Source of the DNA: Saprospiraceae bacterium
Lineage (GTDB): Bacteria; Bacteroidota; Bacteroidia; Chitinophagales; Saprospiraceae
Direction of reading: 5' to 3'
Assembly (NCBI GenBank): GCA_013001595.1
Contig: JABDMH010000075.1
Coordinates: 12,193 to 76,192, forward strand
DNA length: 64,000 bases
Shown: piece by piece, positions 48,594-58,231 of the stretch
Layout: every line of letters begins with the position of its first letter
Position numbering within the stretch: the stretch's first letter is position 1
Notes under the pieces: generated by a model
The model's input: only the letters and a program-made list of their open reading frames with translations
What the model was told of the DNA's origin: nothing
Databases searched by the model: none
Translations under genes and position numbers: made by a program

Positions 48594-50294
48594 ATGAGTG
48601 CACTTGATTGGGGCATATTAATTGGCACATTACTCTTCATCGTGCTCTTTGGGGTATGGAGATCTCGGGGTAGCAAAAATATTGACCAGTTTTTGCGGGG
48701 CAACCAAGAGGCCAAATGGTGGACCATTGGTCTTTCGGTCATGGCCACCCAAGCAAGTGCCATCACCTTCTTATCTACACCCGGGCAGGCCTATGCAGAG
48801 GGCATGGGCTTTGTACAATTCTATTTTGGCCTTCCCATAGCCATGGTGATTTTATGCATCACTTTTATTCCCATTTACTACAAGCTTAAAGTATATACGG
48901 CCTATGAATACTTAGAGGGTAGATTTGATTTAAAAACACGGTCGCTGGCGGCATTTCTTTTCCTAATTCAACGTGGCCTGGGTGCTGGTATCACTATTTA
49001 CGCACCTGCCATCATACTGAGTACCATCATGGGGTGGAATCTAAACATCACCAACCTCATTATTGGCCTCCTTGTGATAACCTATACCGTTTCAGGGGGT
49101 ACGAGAGCTGTGAATGTGACGCATAAATATCAGATGCTGGTCATCTTTGGTGGAATGTTTACCGCTTTCTTCCTACTGCTGAGTTACCTGCCAGATGGAA
49201 TGTCTTTTGTGGATTCGTTGCAAGTAGCTGGCGCTACAGGAAAATTAGATGCGATTGATTTCTCTTTTGAATGGGATAATCGGTATACGATCTGGTCAGG
49301 TATAACAGGGGGTCTGTTTCTTCAACTGGCCTATTTTGGTACGGATCAGAGTCAAGTGCAGCGATATTTATCTGGACGATCTATTAAAGAAAGCAGGCTA
49401 GGTTTAATATTTAATGGTTTGCTGAAGGTGCCTATGCAATTTTTCATTCTGCTGGTAGGTGTGATGGTGTTTGTGTTTTATCAGAACAATGGAGCTCCGA
49501 TATTCTTCAACAAGGCTGTCTATACAGAAGTATCTACGGGACCATATGCGGAATCTATCAGGGAGCTCGAAAATGAAAAGAGCATCTTAGAACAGGAACG
49601 CAAGGAGCTTAATCAGGCTTATCTCACAGCCAGGTCGTCATCAGATGTTGGGCAACAGGAAGTGGTGAAGAAACAAATGATCGCTAATGAAAGTCAGCAG
49701 AATACAGTCCGAGAGCAAGCCAAGCAAGTAATTAAGGAAGCACAACCAGATGCTGAAACAAATGATCGAGACTACGTCTTCATTTCCTTCATCTTAGACC
49801 ACCTACCTAAGGGTTTGGTGGGTTTGTTATTAGCCGTGATTTTTTCTGCGGCCATGTCTTCGACTGCAGCGGAACTCAACGCGTTGGCTTCCACGACTAC
49901 GGTCGATATTTATAAGCGCTCGATGTTTAAAGCCGGCTCTGAGAATCATTATTTATCCATGTCGAAGGTATTTACCCTTATGTGGGGTCTTTTTGCCATC
50001 GCATTCGCATCTTTTGGCACATTATTCGAGAATCTCATCCAATTTGTGAACATCGTAGGGTCTTGCTTTTATGGGACCATCCTGGGAATTTTTCTGGCAG
50101 CTTTTTATGTTAAACGGATCAGCGCAACTCCAGTGTTTCTGGGGGCACTAATTGCAGAAGCGATGGTACTTATCACGTATTTTACCACTGACATCGGCTT
50201 TCTGTGGCTCAACCCAATTGGCTGTCTCGGAGTGATTATATTTAGTCTGCTATTGGAGGAAACGATTGGAAATCAAAAAACGACCAATGCATAA
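48594..50294 (+). CDS. Sodium:solute symporter (SSF) family transporter
   Basis: Polytopic protein with ...FLRGNQEAKWWTIGLSVMATQASAITFLSTPGQAY.. and GTDQSQVQRYLSGRS, which are typical SSF blocks. It contains a ~90-aa hydrophilic coiled-coil-like insert (about 49510-49780). Confidence 0.85.
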   Translation: MSALDWGILIGTLLFIVLFGVWRSRGSKNIDQFLRGNQEAKWWTIGLSVMATQASAITFLSTPGQAYAEGMGFVQFYFGLPIAMVILCITFIPIYYKLKVYTAYEYLEGRFDLKTRSLAAFLFLIQRGLGAGITIYAPAIILSTIMGWNLNITNLIIGLLVITYTVSGGTRAVNVTHKYQMLVIFGGMFTAFFLLLSYLPDGMSFVDSLQVAGATGKLDAIDFSFEWDNRYTIWSGITGGLFLQLAYFGTDQSQVQRYLSGRSIKESRLGLIFNGLLKVPMQFFILLVGVMVFVFYQNNGAPIFFNKAVYTEVSTGPYAESIRELENEKSILEQERKELNQAYLTARSSSDVGQQEVVKKQMIANESQQNTVREQAKQVIKEAQPDAETNDRDYVFISFILDHLPKGLVGLLLAVIFSAAMSSTAAELNALASTTTVDIYKRSMFKAGSENHYLSMSKVFTLMWGLFAIAFASFGTLFENLIQFVNIVGSCFYGTILGIFLAAFYVKRISATPVFLGALIAEAMVLITYFTTDIGFLWLNPIGCLGVIIFSLLLEETIGNQKTTNA

Positions 50295-50703
50295 ATTGGC
50301 AAGATTTGGACATCGTTGGATTGCTCTGGCAAGTATACTCGCTGCCATTGCCATCGGTCTGGGAGCCTTTGGAGCGCACGGGCTTGAAGACCAATTAAAT
50401 GCAGATCAGCTGAGCACATTTGACACCGGAGTCAAATACCACTTCTATCACGCCTTTGCCTTATTGATAACAGCGTTACTATCGGGATTCCTTCCAAGCA
50501 TTGACTTGCGATGGGTCGTGCGACTTTTCTTGCTGGGCATCGTATGCTTTTCTGGGTCCCTCTATTTGCTTTCTACAGCATCTTTGCACTCGCTTCCGGT
50601 CGGTATTCTTGGTCCAATCACACCTCTAGGAGGCCTCTTATTAATCATGGGGTGGATTCTATTATTCCTCAAAGTAGTCAGGTCCACACCGATTGAAAGT
50701 TGA
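50287..50703 (+). CDS. DUF423 domain membrane protein
   Basis: IALASILAAIAIGLGAFGAHGL...GVKYHFYHAFALL is the characteristic DUF423 pattern. ATG at 50287 overlaps the symporter stop by 8 nt. Confidence 0.8.
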   Translation: MHKLARFGHRWIALASILAAIAIGLGAFGAHGLEDQLNADQLSTFDTGVKYHFYHAFALLITALLSGFLPSIDLRWVVRLFLLGIVCFSGSLYLLSTASLHSLPVGILGPITPLGGLLLIMGWILLFLKVVRSTPIES

Positions 50704-50780
50704 AGGCATGACCATGAACAAATGATAAAATACCACTATATTAGCCGCATCTACACGCTGACAATCTAAATAGTACTACG

Positions 50781-51272
50781 ATGAAAAAGTTAATGGCCAT
50801 ATGCTTCTTTCTCAGCTTTGTCGGAGCTTCGCAGGTTGCCGCACAGTCCTATGATAACGCAGTGGGATTGCGACTGGGATGGGGATTTGGAGGATCTTTC
50901 AAGCACTTTCTTAATGAGACATCTGCCGTTGAAGGCATATTGAACTACCGTAGCTTTGGAACCCTGGGCATCAATTATAACTATTTACAGATCACTGGAT
51001 TGTATCAAAAGCATGGGCCACTTGATGAAGTACTCACAGGCTTACAATGGTATTTTGGCGGTGGTGGTTTCATTGGATTTTATGGCGGGTCATACAATGG
51101 ACTCATTGATGGTGGAGGTACGACAATAGGTATTGCCGGCAACGTTGGTCTTGACTATGCTTTTGATGATATTCCTTTAAACATATCGGTTGACTGGGTT
51201 CCAAGTATCTCGATCAATGGTGGTGGATTTCTCTCAGGTTTAGGTGGTGTCGCTGTGCGATACATTTTCTAG
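50781..51272 (+). CDS. Small outer-membrane beta-barrel protein
   Basis: Signal peptide, Gly/aromatic-rich alternating strands, and a C-terminal ...GGVAVRYIF ending in Phe. Confidence 0.7.
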   Translation: MKKLMAICFFLSFVGASQVAAQSYDNAVGLRLGWGFGGSFKHFLNETSAVEGILNYRSFGTLGINYNYLQITGLYQKHGPLDEVLTGLQWYFGGGGFIGFYGGSYNGLIDGGGTTIGIAGNVGLDYAFDDIPLNISVDWVPSISINGGGFLSGLGGVAVRYIF

Positions 51273-51285
51273 GTATACCGATCCT

Positions 51286-51744
51286 ATGGGTCTACGTCGA
51301 TACATTACGCTCACATTCATATTTGCACTGGTATTCAGTTGCATCTCTGTAAAAGCTCAATATTATGATGCAGCTGCTGGTTTGCGGGGAGGAACCGGTG
51401 CCACAGTTTCCTACAAAAAGTTTGTTTCTCACTCGCTGGCATTAGAAGCTATGTTGGGTTCCTTTGACTATGACTTCTTTGGCAGTGCGGTCCTCCTTGA
51501 GAAACACACCGATATTGATCTAGGGCGAGTGCAATGGTATTGGGGCGTAGGACCTTATATTACTTTCGCCCGGGATTTCACCGGCCTAGGTGCCATGGGA
51601 GCGCTGGGTCTAGACTTAAGTTTTGAAAGCATACCCCTACAGATTTCTTTAGACTGGACACCACGACTCAGGCTTGCCGGTGCCAGTGGTCGCTTTTTTG
51701 TAGACAGTGCTGGAGTAGGTCTACGCTACATCATTGAGTACTAG
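51286..51744 (+). CDS. Small outer-membrane beta-barrel protein (tandem paralog)
   Basis: Same layout as the preceding gene (AQYYDAAAGLRGG..., LQISLDWTPR, ...AGVGLRYIIEY). ATG at 51286 is preferred over the alternative start at 51244. Confidence 0.7.
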   Translation: MGLRRYITLTFIFALVFSCISVKAQYYDAAAGLRGGTGATVSYKKFVSHSLALEAMLGSFDYDFFGSAVLLEKHTDIDLGRVQWYWGVGPYITFARDFTGLGAMGALGLDLSFESIPLQISLDWTPRLRLAGASGRFFVDSAGVGLRYIIEY

Positions 51745-52017
51745 TGAATCCACTCCGAAAAAGTCACCAAATCAATAATGGCTCTCTTGGCAATCTTTCC
51801 ATTTTTCTCAATCGGCTGATACTCAGGCATCACCTAATCTCGAAAAAGTGCAAATCTTATCCAAAATAGATGCATTTTGTGAAATTGGCACTATCCGGAG
51901 TACATTCACTAATGATCTGTACAAATCAAAATCATGGGACTAGTTGGAGTCTCCCGAATCTAGATCGGAAGTAAATAAGGAGGTACTACATTTTGGATGG
52001 GAGTTGAAATCTATCTT

Positions 52018-52287
52018 CTATTCGTACTCTGTAACTTCTTGTTGATTCTTCCACCAGAGATATCCTATTGAACCAACTAGTACGTATGGAAGGGATAGGA
52101 TAAACAGAATGCCAGCATTTAGCCCCTTTCCACCTGAACCCCCATCATTCAAATTAGATTCTGCGGTCATCTTGCACATGGGACACTGTGCCATCACCTC
52201 ATCCATTGATAATATCGAAGCAAGCGTGACTAAGACCAATAATAAACCGATTCTGCACATAAACTTCATGCTTATAAAGGTACGCAT
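52018..52287 (-). CDS. Small membrane protein with CPMCK motif, last gene of the oxidase operon
   Basis: MRTFISMKFMCRIGLLLVLVTLASILS...AQCPMCKMTAESNLNDGGSGGKGLNAGILFILSLPYVLVGSIGYLWWK has a leader, a CPMC motif and one C-terminal TM. Start is uncertain (52287 or 52269). Confidence 0.55.
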   Translation of the reverse strand: MRTFISMKFMCRIGLLLVLVTLASILSMDEVMAQCPMCKMTAESNLNDGGSGGKGLNAGILFILSLPYVLVGSIGYLWWKNQQEVTEYE

Positions 52288-52380
52288 TTCACGATCTCGA
52301 TGCTGAGGGATCGTTAAATAATAAGTTTCCGATTTAGACGATGTCATTTTGAATCTGGGTAAGGGTATAGAAGATAATTC

Positions 52381-52920
52381 TCATTGATAGCATGGTCTAA
52401 GCATCAAATATACAATGGGGCCTGACAATACCACATAAGCCCAAAGCGGCCACACCCATCGGGCCAATTTAACATGCCTGATAAACTGACCAGTGTATGC
52501 CCTAATGTACGTCAACAGAATAAAAGGAAGGATCACCGCAGCCAATACTATATGACTGATCAATATGGTAAAATAGACATATCGAATGCTGCCAACTTTA
52601 CAAAAAACCGTTTCCGTTGTTGTGAAATGGTAGAGTACATATAGGAGCAAAAAAGCTGCAGACAAACAAACTGCTGCAGTCATCATTTTGCGATGCAAGT
52701 CGATATCCTTGCGTACCTTGATGTAATATAAAGCTGCCACAAGTACAAAAAAAGTCAACAGATTTAGCAAAGAATAAAAAGGAGGAAGAAAACCAAAATC
52801 CCATGAACTTTCGATCTTGATCCGACGCATCATCAATACGAGCAAGAAAACAAGTACAGAAACCATCCATGCCCAGCGATTGAGCTTCTGTTCCTTAAGC
52901 CTGGCTTCTTCCACATTCAT
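52381..52920 (-). CDS. DUF420 (CtaM-like) membrane protein
   Basis: Four to five TM segments. The pattern ...LLNLLTFFVLVAALYYIKVRKDIDLHRKMM...LYVLYHF fits DUF420. Its ATGA overlap with the upstream gene suggests translational coupling. Confidence 0.75.
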   Translation of the reverse strand: MNVEEARLKEQKLNRWAWMVSVLVFLLVLMMRRIKIESSWDFGFLPPFYSLLNLLTFFVLVAALYYIKVRKDIDLHRKMMTAAVCLSAAFLLLYVLYHFTTTETVFCKVGSIRYVYFTILISHIVLAAVILPFILLTYIRAYTGQFIRHVKLARWVWPLWAYVVLSGPIVYLMLRPCYQ

Positions 52921-53408
52921 CGCTCTTGCTCTCTTCTGATATAAAAATCCTTTTCTGGTTCGGGAGGAAGGATAAATGCTAGGTCTTCAGAAAGAATTGC
53001 CATATCACGCTCTCTATAGAGATGATAGACTCCGATGATTTCACTGGAAGTATTGGTGAGAAAGACACCTTCAGATATATCTTCGGATGTATATGCAGCA
53101 TGCCATAACTCATCCAAGATTTTCTGCTTTTTCAATTGCTCAATGTCTAGCATAGTAAATTTGAGCTTGGGATTGGTCTTGAAATGCGATATGATGGGAT
53201 CCAGTGTAGTGAAGGCCACATCAGAGACTGCGATCACGTACACCCAGCCTTGTTCAAACGAGTCGCCTTCCAATTTGCCTTTAGACGCTAATTCCTCCAA
53301 GCGATCAAGTCGATAATCAAGACCGGTACGTAAATAATACCAGGATCCTAGTGGTAATCCAACCAGTAAGAGCAAGAGAATTAAGGACTGAAGAAACTTC
53401 TTTTGCAT
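52917..53408 (-). CDS. Membrane-anchored hypothetical protein in the position usually held by an SCO copper chaperone; contains no cysteine
   Basis: 163 aa with an N-terminal TM (LILLLLLVGLPLGSWYY). The translation has no Cys and no CxxxC. The assignment is positional only. Confidence 0.6.
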   Translation of the reverse strand: MQKKFLQSLILLLLLVGLPLGSWYYLRTGLDYRLDRLEELASKGKLEGDSFEQGWVYVIAVSDVAFTTLDPIISHFKTNPKLKFTMLDIEQLKKQKILDELWHAAYTSEDISEGVFLTNTSSEIIGVYHLYRERDMAILSEDLAFILPPEPEKDFYIRREQER

Positions 53409-53484
53409 GTCATAGACTTATCACTAAAAGAGACAATCTCAACCAAGAATAGTTTGCTCGATAAGCCTAGATTTCTGTGCAATT

Positions 53485-53934
53485 TCAATGATCGGAGTGG
53501 TGAGTCTCTTCTGGCTTCATTACCTCACCCACAGGTGCAAATTTGCTATCCACTTGCTCCATATTCTTATCTTGAATCATTTCTCTAGATTCTTTCCAAT
53601 AATCCCCTTCCATGAAAAAAGCAATGATGGCCCAGATAAGTAGTGCGGTGGGAAGCAGTACGCTACGCATGAGGCCCTTCACCTCATACTTCATATGCAT
53701 GAACTCAAAAATAACCAGGACGGCCTTGTAAAGTGATAATGCAATCATAGCTATGTACATGATTGCACGTCCTATGGGAAAAGATCCGATCAGCCAATCA
53801 TAAGGTACTACTCCAGGGATGAGGTACCCCTTTCCCACCAATGCAATCAATACTTCCACTATCGTCACGATCCCCAATATGATGATCGTACGTCGAGCAA
53901 TACCTTTCGATTCTTCGTATGTATGCGCAGACAT
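53485..53934 (-). CDS. Cytochrome c oxidase subunit IV family protein
   Basis: 149 aa with 3-4 TM segments (IIILGIVTIVEVLIALVG..., MYIAMIALSLYKAVLVIFEFMHM). It sits directly downstream of the cox3 genes. Confidence 0.7.
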   Translation of the reverse strand: MSAHTYEESKGIARRTIIILGIVTIVEVLIALVGKGYLIPGVVPYDWLIGSFPIGRAIMYIAMIALSLYKAVLVIFEFMHMKYEVKGLMRSVLLPTALLIWAIIAFFMEGDYWKESREMIQDKNMEQVDSKFAPVGEVMKPEETHHSDH

Positions 53935-53954
53935 CCGTTATTTGCTTTAAAAGA

Positions 53955-54827
53955 TTAGAGTAGATAAAATACCAAGAATACAAAGACCCAAACTAGATCG
54001 ACAAAGTGCCAATACAAACCTATTTTTTCCACCATTTCATATCCATTGCGTCGCTTAGCATAGAGGCCATTGGCCACATTTACAGCAATTAGAATTAGAA
54101 ACACAACACCAGAAAAAACGTGAAATCCGTGAAATCCTGTAATGCAAAAGAAAAGGGCACCAAAGGCCTTCGGACCAAATTCTTGTTGACTCACTTGGCC
54201 AGTATTTGGTCCTGATGTCAACTCGAACCTTCGCTTGAGCCATTGCTCATCAGCCCTATGGATCAAATAGCTATCTCCTGCATCAAAAGTTTCTCTTTCC
54301 GCAGCGGCTGCATAAGCATGGCCATGTTCATCATCGAGGTACACACCAGATTCAAGGTGGGTACCAAATGGATTGGTGGAGATGGTCATATGCTCCGTCG
54401 ATATCAATGTGTTCCACTCCCAAGCCTGACAGCCCAAGAACATAAGTCCTCCAATAATGGTATAAATCATCCACTTGACGATGCCAGATTTGTTTTCTTC
54501 CTTGCCTTCTTGAACAGCCCTAATCATGGTAAAAGAACTTGCCAGCAGAATAAAAGTCATCAAGCTCACAAAGAGCAGAGGGTAATGCGTACCCTTTAGG
54601 AATGGAAAACTGGAAAACACAAAGTCAGGTACAGGCCAAGTAGCATTGCTAAATCTCAACGTACCATAGGCAATCAAAAATCCAGCAAATGTGAACGCAT
54701 CTGATAATAGGAAATACCACATCATGAGCTTTCCATAGCTTGACTTAAAGGGTGATTTTCCACCCGACCATAGCTTACCTGACTGCTCTTCCATTACTGC
54801 ATGTCCTTCCATCGTTTCTGCTGACAT
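53955..54827 (-). CDS. Cytochrome c oxidase subunit III
   Basis: GKLMMWYFLLSDAFTFAGFL... and the C-terminal FCITGFHGFHVFSGV...YWHFVDLVWVFVFLVFY are the canonical Cox3 signature. ATG at 54827 (MSAETMEG) is preferred. Confidence 0.85.
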   Translation of the reverse strand: MSAETMEGHAVMEEQSGKLWSGGKSPFKSSYGKLMMWYFLLSDAFTFAGFLIAYGTLRFSNATWPVPDFVFSSFPFLKGTHYPLLFVSLMTFILLASSFTMIRAVQEGKEENKSGIVKWMIYTIIGGLMFLGCQAWEWNTLISTEHMTISTNPFGTHLESGVYLDDEHGHAYAAAAERETFDAGDSYLIHRADEQWLKRRFELTSGPNTGQVSQQEFGPKAFGALFFCITGFHGFHVFSGVVFLILIAVNVANGLYAKRRNGYEMVEKIGLYWHFVDLVWVFVFLVFYLL

Positions 54828-54835
54828 ATAGCGTA

Positions 54836-55414
54836 TTATCTGTAATAGGTTAAAAATAAAAAGAGTACTACCCAGAGTGCATCCACGTAGTGCCAATAAT
54901 GTGACGTTAATTCAAGACGATTTATTCGCAAAGGAGTCACTCGAAAATCCAATTTAAATGCGTGAATTAGTGCAACGACCATTGCCGCCAAACCACCCAG
55001 CACATGAGCCACATGCAGGCCACTGATGACATAGGCAAACGATCCAGAGGGATTGCCTTTTATATCGATGCCCGCTGCTTGCATCGCCATCCATCCCTGA
55101 TACTGACAAACGATAAATAAAACTCCCAGAATAAAAGAAGTTACAAGTAAAATCTTGTAGCTACTTTCTTTTTTATTGCGAAAGGCCACCAAGGATCGAT
55201 GTAATGTTATGCTGCTGAGAATAATAATTCCAGTACTAACCAGAAATAAATTTGGCAAAGTAAACTCAAACCAATTACCCGCAGCTTGACGTACAATATA
55301 TGCACTCAACAATCCGGCGAACATCATCGAGATACTTGCCAAACTCATCCATAGAGCCAGCTTCATTGGATGTATGCTGTTGCGACGCCTCTTATTTTCC
55401 AAAGCTAATTGCAT
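54836..55414 (-). CDS. Cytochrome c oxidase subunit III family protein (second, shorter copy)
   Basis: 192 aa with 5 TM segments. ISGLHVAHVLGGL...SHYWHYVDALWVVLFLFL is a Cox3-type signature. Confidence 0.8.
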   Translation of the reverse strand: MQLALENKRRRNSIHPMKLALWMSLASISMMFAGLLSAYIVRQAAGNWFEFTLPNLFLVSTGIIILSSITLHRSLVAFRNKKESSYKILLVTSFILGVLFIVCQYQGWMAMQAAGIDIKGNPSGSFAYVISGLHVAHVLGGLAAMVVALIHAFKLDFRVTPLRINRLELTSHYWHYVDALWVVLFLFLTYYR

Positions 55415-55417
55415 CTG

Positions 55418-56326
55418 CTAGATATTACCGATGTAAAAAACCAATAGCACAACTGGCAGGTAAATAAATGAGAAAAACATCAACTTCCGCGCTGCTTCAG
55501 TATTTTTCTCTTGCTGCAGATTCCAACCATAAAAGGCGTAGACGATACTGAGAACGCCTGCCACTAAGCATGACCATAATGCTGCTTGTCCGAGATAGAA
55601 AGGAGCAATCACAAATGGAAGTAGAAGTAAACTAAATATCATAGACTGCAATCCCAAATTCGGATGTAGACTACCATCTTGCTCAGGCACGAGTTTGAAA
55701 CCCGCTTTCTTATAATCTTCGTACCCTAAATAACCTATCGACCAAAAATGTGCGAACTGCCAGAAAAACTGAATCCCAAAGAGAATGATGGCCATAGTGG
55801 TGATTGATCCTTCGACCGCAACAACTGCAATCATGGTGGGTAATGCTCCAGGAATAGCTCCGACGAATACAGAGGCAGGACTTATCCTTTTTAATGGAGT
55901 ATATAGAAATGCATAACTCACTACAGCAGCAGCACCCAAAACAGCTGCCAACGGATTAAAAAATGCAAGTAAACAAATACCGATAACAAACAACAATCCG
56001 CCAATCATAATCGCCTCTCCCATACTCATACGTCCAGTGGCGACGGGACGATTTGCGGTGCGCTTCATCAACTTGTCAAAATCCTTCTCCAGCGCCTGAT
56101 TGAGTGCATTTGCAGCAGCGGTAATGCAAAAACCACCTACACCGAGCACAAAAAAAGCAACCACACTGAAGCCAGCATCAGCTACAATCAAATAGGCAAG
56201 AAGGGCACTGAGTACCACCAGCATCGTCAATCGAAACTTGATCAACATCTTGTAGTCTTGCCATCTACTGATTGCCACTCCATCGGGAGCTTGAGCTGCA
56301 ATCGTTCTGTATTTAAAGTCAGACAT
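55418..56326 (-). CDS. cyoE: Protoheme IX farnesyltransferase (heme O synthase)
   Basis: UbiA-type polytopic protein with NALNQALEKDFDKLMKRTANRPVATGRM (the NxxxDxxxD-like motif region). It lies between coxI and cox3. Confidence 0.9.
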   Translation of the reverse strand: MSDFKYRTIAAQAPDGVAISRWQDYKMLIKFRLTMLVVLSALLAYLIVADAGFSVVAFFVLGVGGFCITAAANALNQALEKDFDKLMKRTANRPVATGRMSMGEAIMIGGLLFVIGICLLAFFNPLAAVLGAAAVVSYAFLYTPLKRISPASVFVGAIPGALPTMIAVVAVEGSITTMAIILFGIQFFWQFAHFWSIGYLGYEDYKKAGFKLVPEQDGSLHPNLGLQSMIFSLLLLPFVIAPFYLGQAALWSCLVAGVLSIVYAFYGWNLQQEKNTEAARKLMFFSFIYLPVVLLVFYIGNI

Positions 56327-56356
56327 CTTTATTAGGTAGGTCGTTACTCTATTAAT

Positions 56357-58213
56357 CTAGTGATCAGAAGGTTCCTCACCTTCAGCCAGCGGTGTGATCT
56401 GAGGAATGAACTCCTTTCCATCTTTACCATAATCGTATGCCCATCGATGTACGCTAGGTATTTTTCCTGGCCAGTTGCCATGGCCTGGCCTGATCGGTGT
56501 AGTCCATTCTAAACTGGTGGCTCCCCATGGATTCCGTACCGTCTGCTTCTTGCCTTTCCAAATGCTGTAGAAGAAATTAATGACAAACACGAGTTGAAGG
56601 CCGAAGGTAATGATGGCCCCTACGGTAATAAACATATTCATTTCATCAAAGTCGCTAAAGGCTTGATAGGCATCGAAGCTATAATACCTTCTAGGTACAC
56701 CAACCATTCCGAGGTAGTGCATCGGCCAGAAAATGACATAGGCACCTATCATCGTACCCCAAAAATGAATCTTACCCATGGTCTCGTCCATAAATCGACC
56801 ATACAATTTGGGAAACCAATGATAAATACCCGCAAACATACCAAAGAAGGCAGCTACCCCCATTACGATGTGAAAGTGAGCAACCACAAAATAGGTGTCA
56901 TGGAGTTGAATATCGAGTGCCGAGTTACCAAGGAAAATACCTGTTAATCCACCGGATATGAACATGCTGACAAATCCGATGGCAAACAGAGCTGGGGTAT
57001 TAAGTCGCACATTCCCTCTATATAATGTTGATATCCAGTTGAAAACCTTTACGGCCGAGGGAACAGCAATAATCAATGTGAAGACGACAAATATGTTTGA
57101 AATGAAAGGATTCACACCAGACATAAACATATGATGCGCCCACACCAAAAAGGATAGAAATCCGATGGCTAAAATGGAGAGCACCATCGCCCGGTATCCA
57201 AATATGGGCTTGCGAGATTGGACCGACAGCACCTCAGAAACCAAGCCCATCGCTGGAAGGATAATAATGTACACTTCCGGATGGCCTAAAAACCAGAAGA
57301 GATGCTGATATAATATGGGGCTTCCCCCTACATGGTCCAGTGCTTGACCACCAATATATATTTCACTCAGATAAAAACTGGTACCAATGCCACGATCAAA
57401 CATCAGTAAGAAGAAGGCGGCTACTAAAACGGGAAATGAAAGCAATCCCAAGATGGCAGTAACCAGAAATGCCCAAATTGTCAGTGGCAATCTCCACATA
57501 CTCATGCCCTTCGTCCTGAGGTTTAATACCGTAGTGATGTAATTAATACCACCCAACAGCACAGAAACCACGAAGAACACCAGGCTCATCGTCCACATTG
57601 TCATACCTGCCTTCGAACCTGATGATGCTTCAGGCAACGCACTTAATGGAGGGTAGGCTACCCAGCCACCTGAAAAAGGGCCCGTGTTCAAGAAAAGGGA
57701 TATGAACATGATGATGCCTGCTAGAAAGAAAAACCAATAGGACAACATATTTAGGAAAGGCGAAGCCATATCACGTGCCCCTACTTGCAAGGGAATCAGT
57801 AGGTTACTAAAGGTACCACTGAGACCTGCCGTCAATACGAAGAATACTAAGATGGTGCCATGCATGGTCACCAAGGCATAGTAAAATTCCGGATCTAACG
57901 TACCCACACCATTGGCATCTACGACAATCCACTTACCCAATAATGGTTTTATCCAAGTCAGACTCTCCTCAGGAAAACCCAATTGCATCCTAAAAATTAC
58001 GGACATTGCTGCACCGATAATAGCCCAAATCATCCCTGTAATCAGAAACTGCTTGGCTATAATCTTGTGATCTTGCGAAAAGATGTATTTAGTGATAAAA
58101 CTTGCCTGATATTTATCACCATGGTGATGCTCATGAAAATGATCATCATACCCCAACTCCTCAATTAGAGCATCTTCTTTTTTATATAATGTTGTATCAA
58201 CTGAATCAGCCAT
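56357..58213 (-). CDS. ctaD: Cytochrome c oxidase subunit I
   Basis: Heme-copper oxidase hallmarks: ALVTMHGTILVFF, WAYPPLS, QHLFWFLGHPEVYIIILP, WAHHMF and VVAHFHIVM. Confidence 0.95.
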   Translation of the reverse strand: MADSVDTTLYKKEDALIEELGYDDHFHEHHHGDKYQASFITKYIFSQDHKIIAKQFLITGMIWAIIGAAMSVIFRMQLGFPEESLTWIKPLLGKWIVVDANGVGTLDPEFYYALVTMHGTILVFFVLTAGLSGTFSNLLIPLQVGARDMASPFLNMLSYWFFFLAGIIMFISLFLNTGPFSGGWVAYPPLSALPEASSGSKAGMTMWTMSLVFFVVSVLLGGINYITTVLNLRTKGMSMWRLPLTIWAFLVTAILGLLSFPVLVAAFFLLMFDRGIGTSFYLSEIYIGGQALDHVGGSPILYQHLFWFLGHPEVYIIILPAMGLVSEVLSVQSRKPIFGYRAMVLSILAIGFLSFLVWAHHMFMSGVNPFISNIFVVFTLIIAVPSAVKVFNWISTLYRGNVRLNTPALFAIGFVSMFISGGLTGIFLGNSALDIQLHDTYFVVAHFHIVMGVAAFFGMFAGIYHWFPKLYGRFMDETMGKIHFWGTMIGAYVIFWPMHYLGMVGVPRRYYSFDAYQAFSDFDEMNMFITVGAIITFGLQLVFVINFFYSIWKGKKQTVRNPWGATSLEWTTPIRPGHGNWPGKIPSVHRWAYDYGKDGKEFIPQITPLAEGEEPSDH

Positions 58214-58231
58214 TCCAAAATGAATTTTTTA

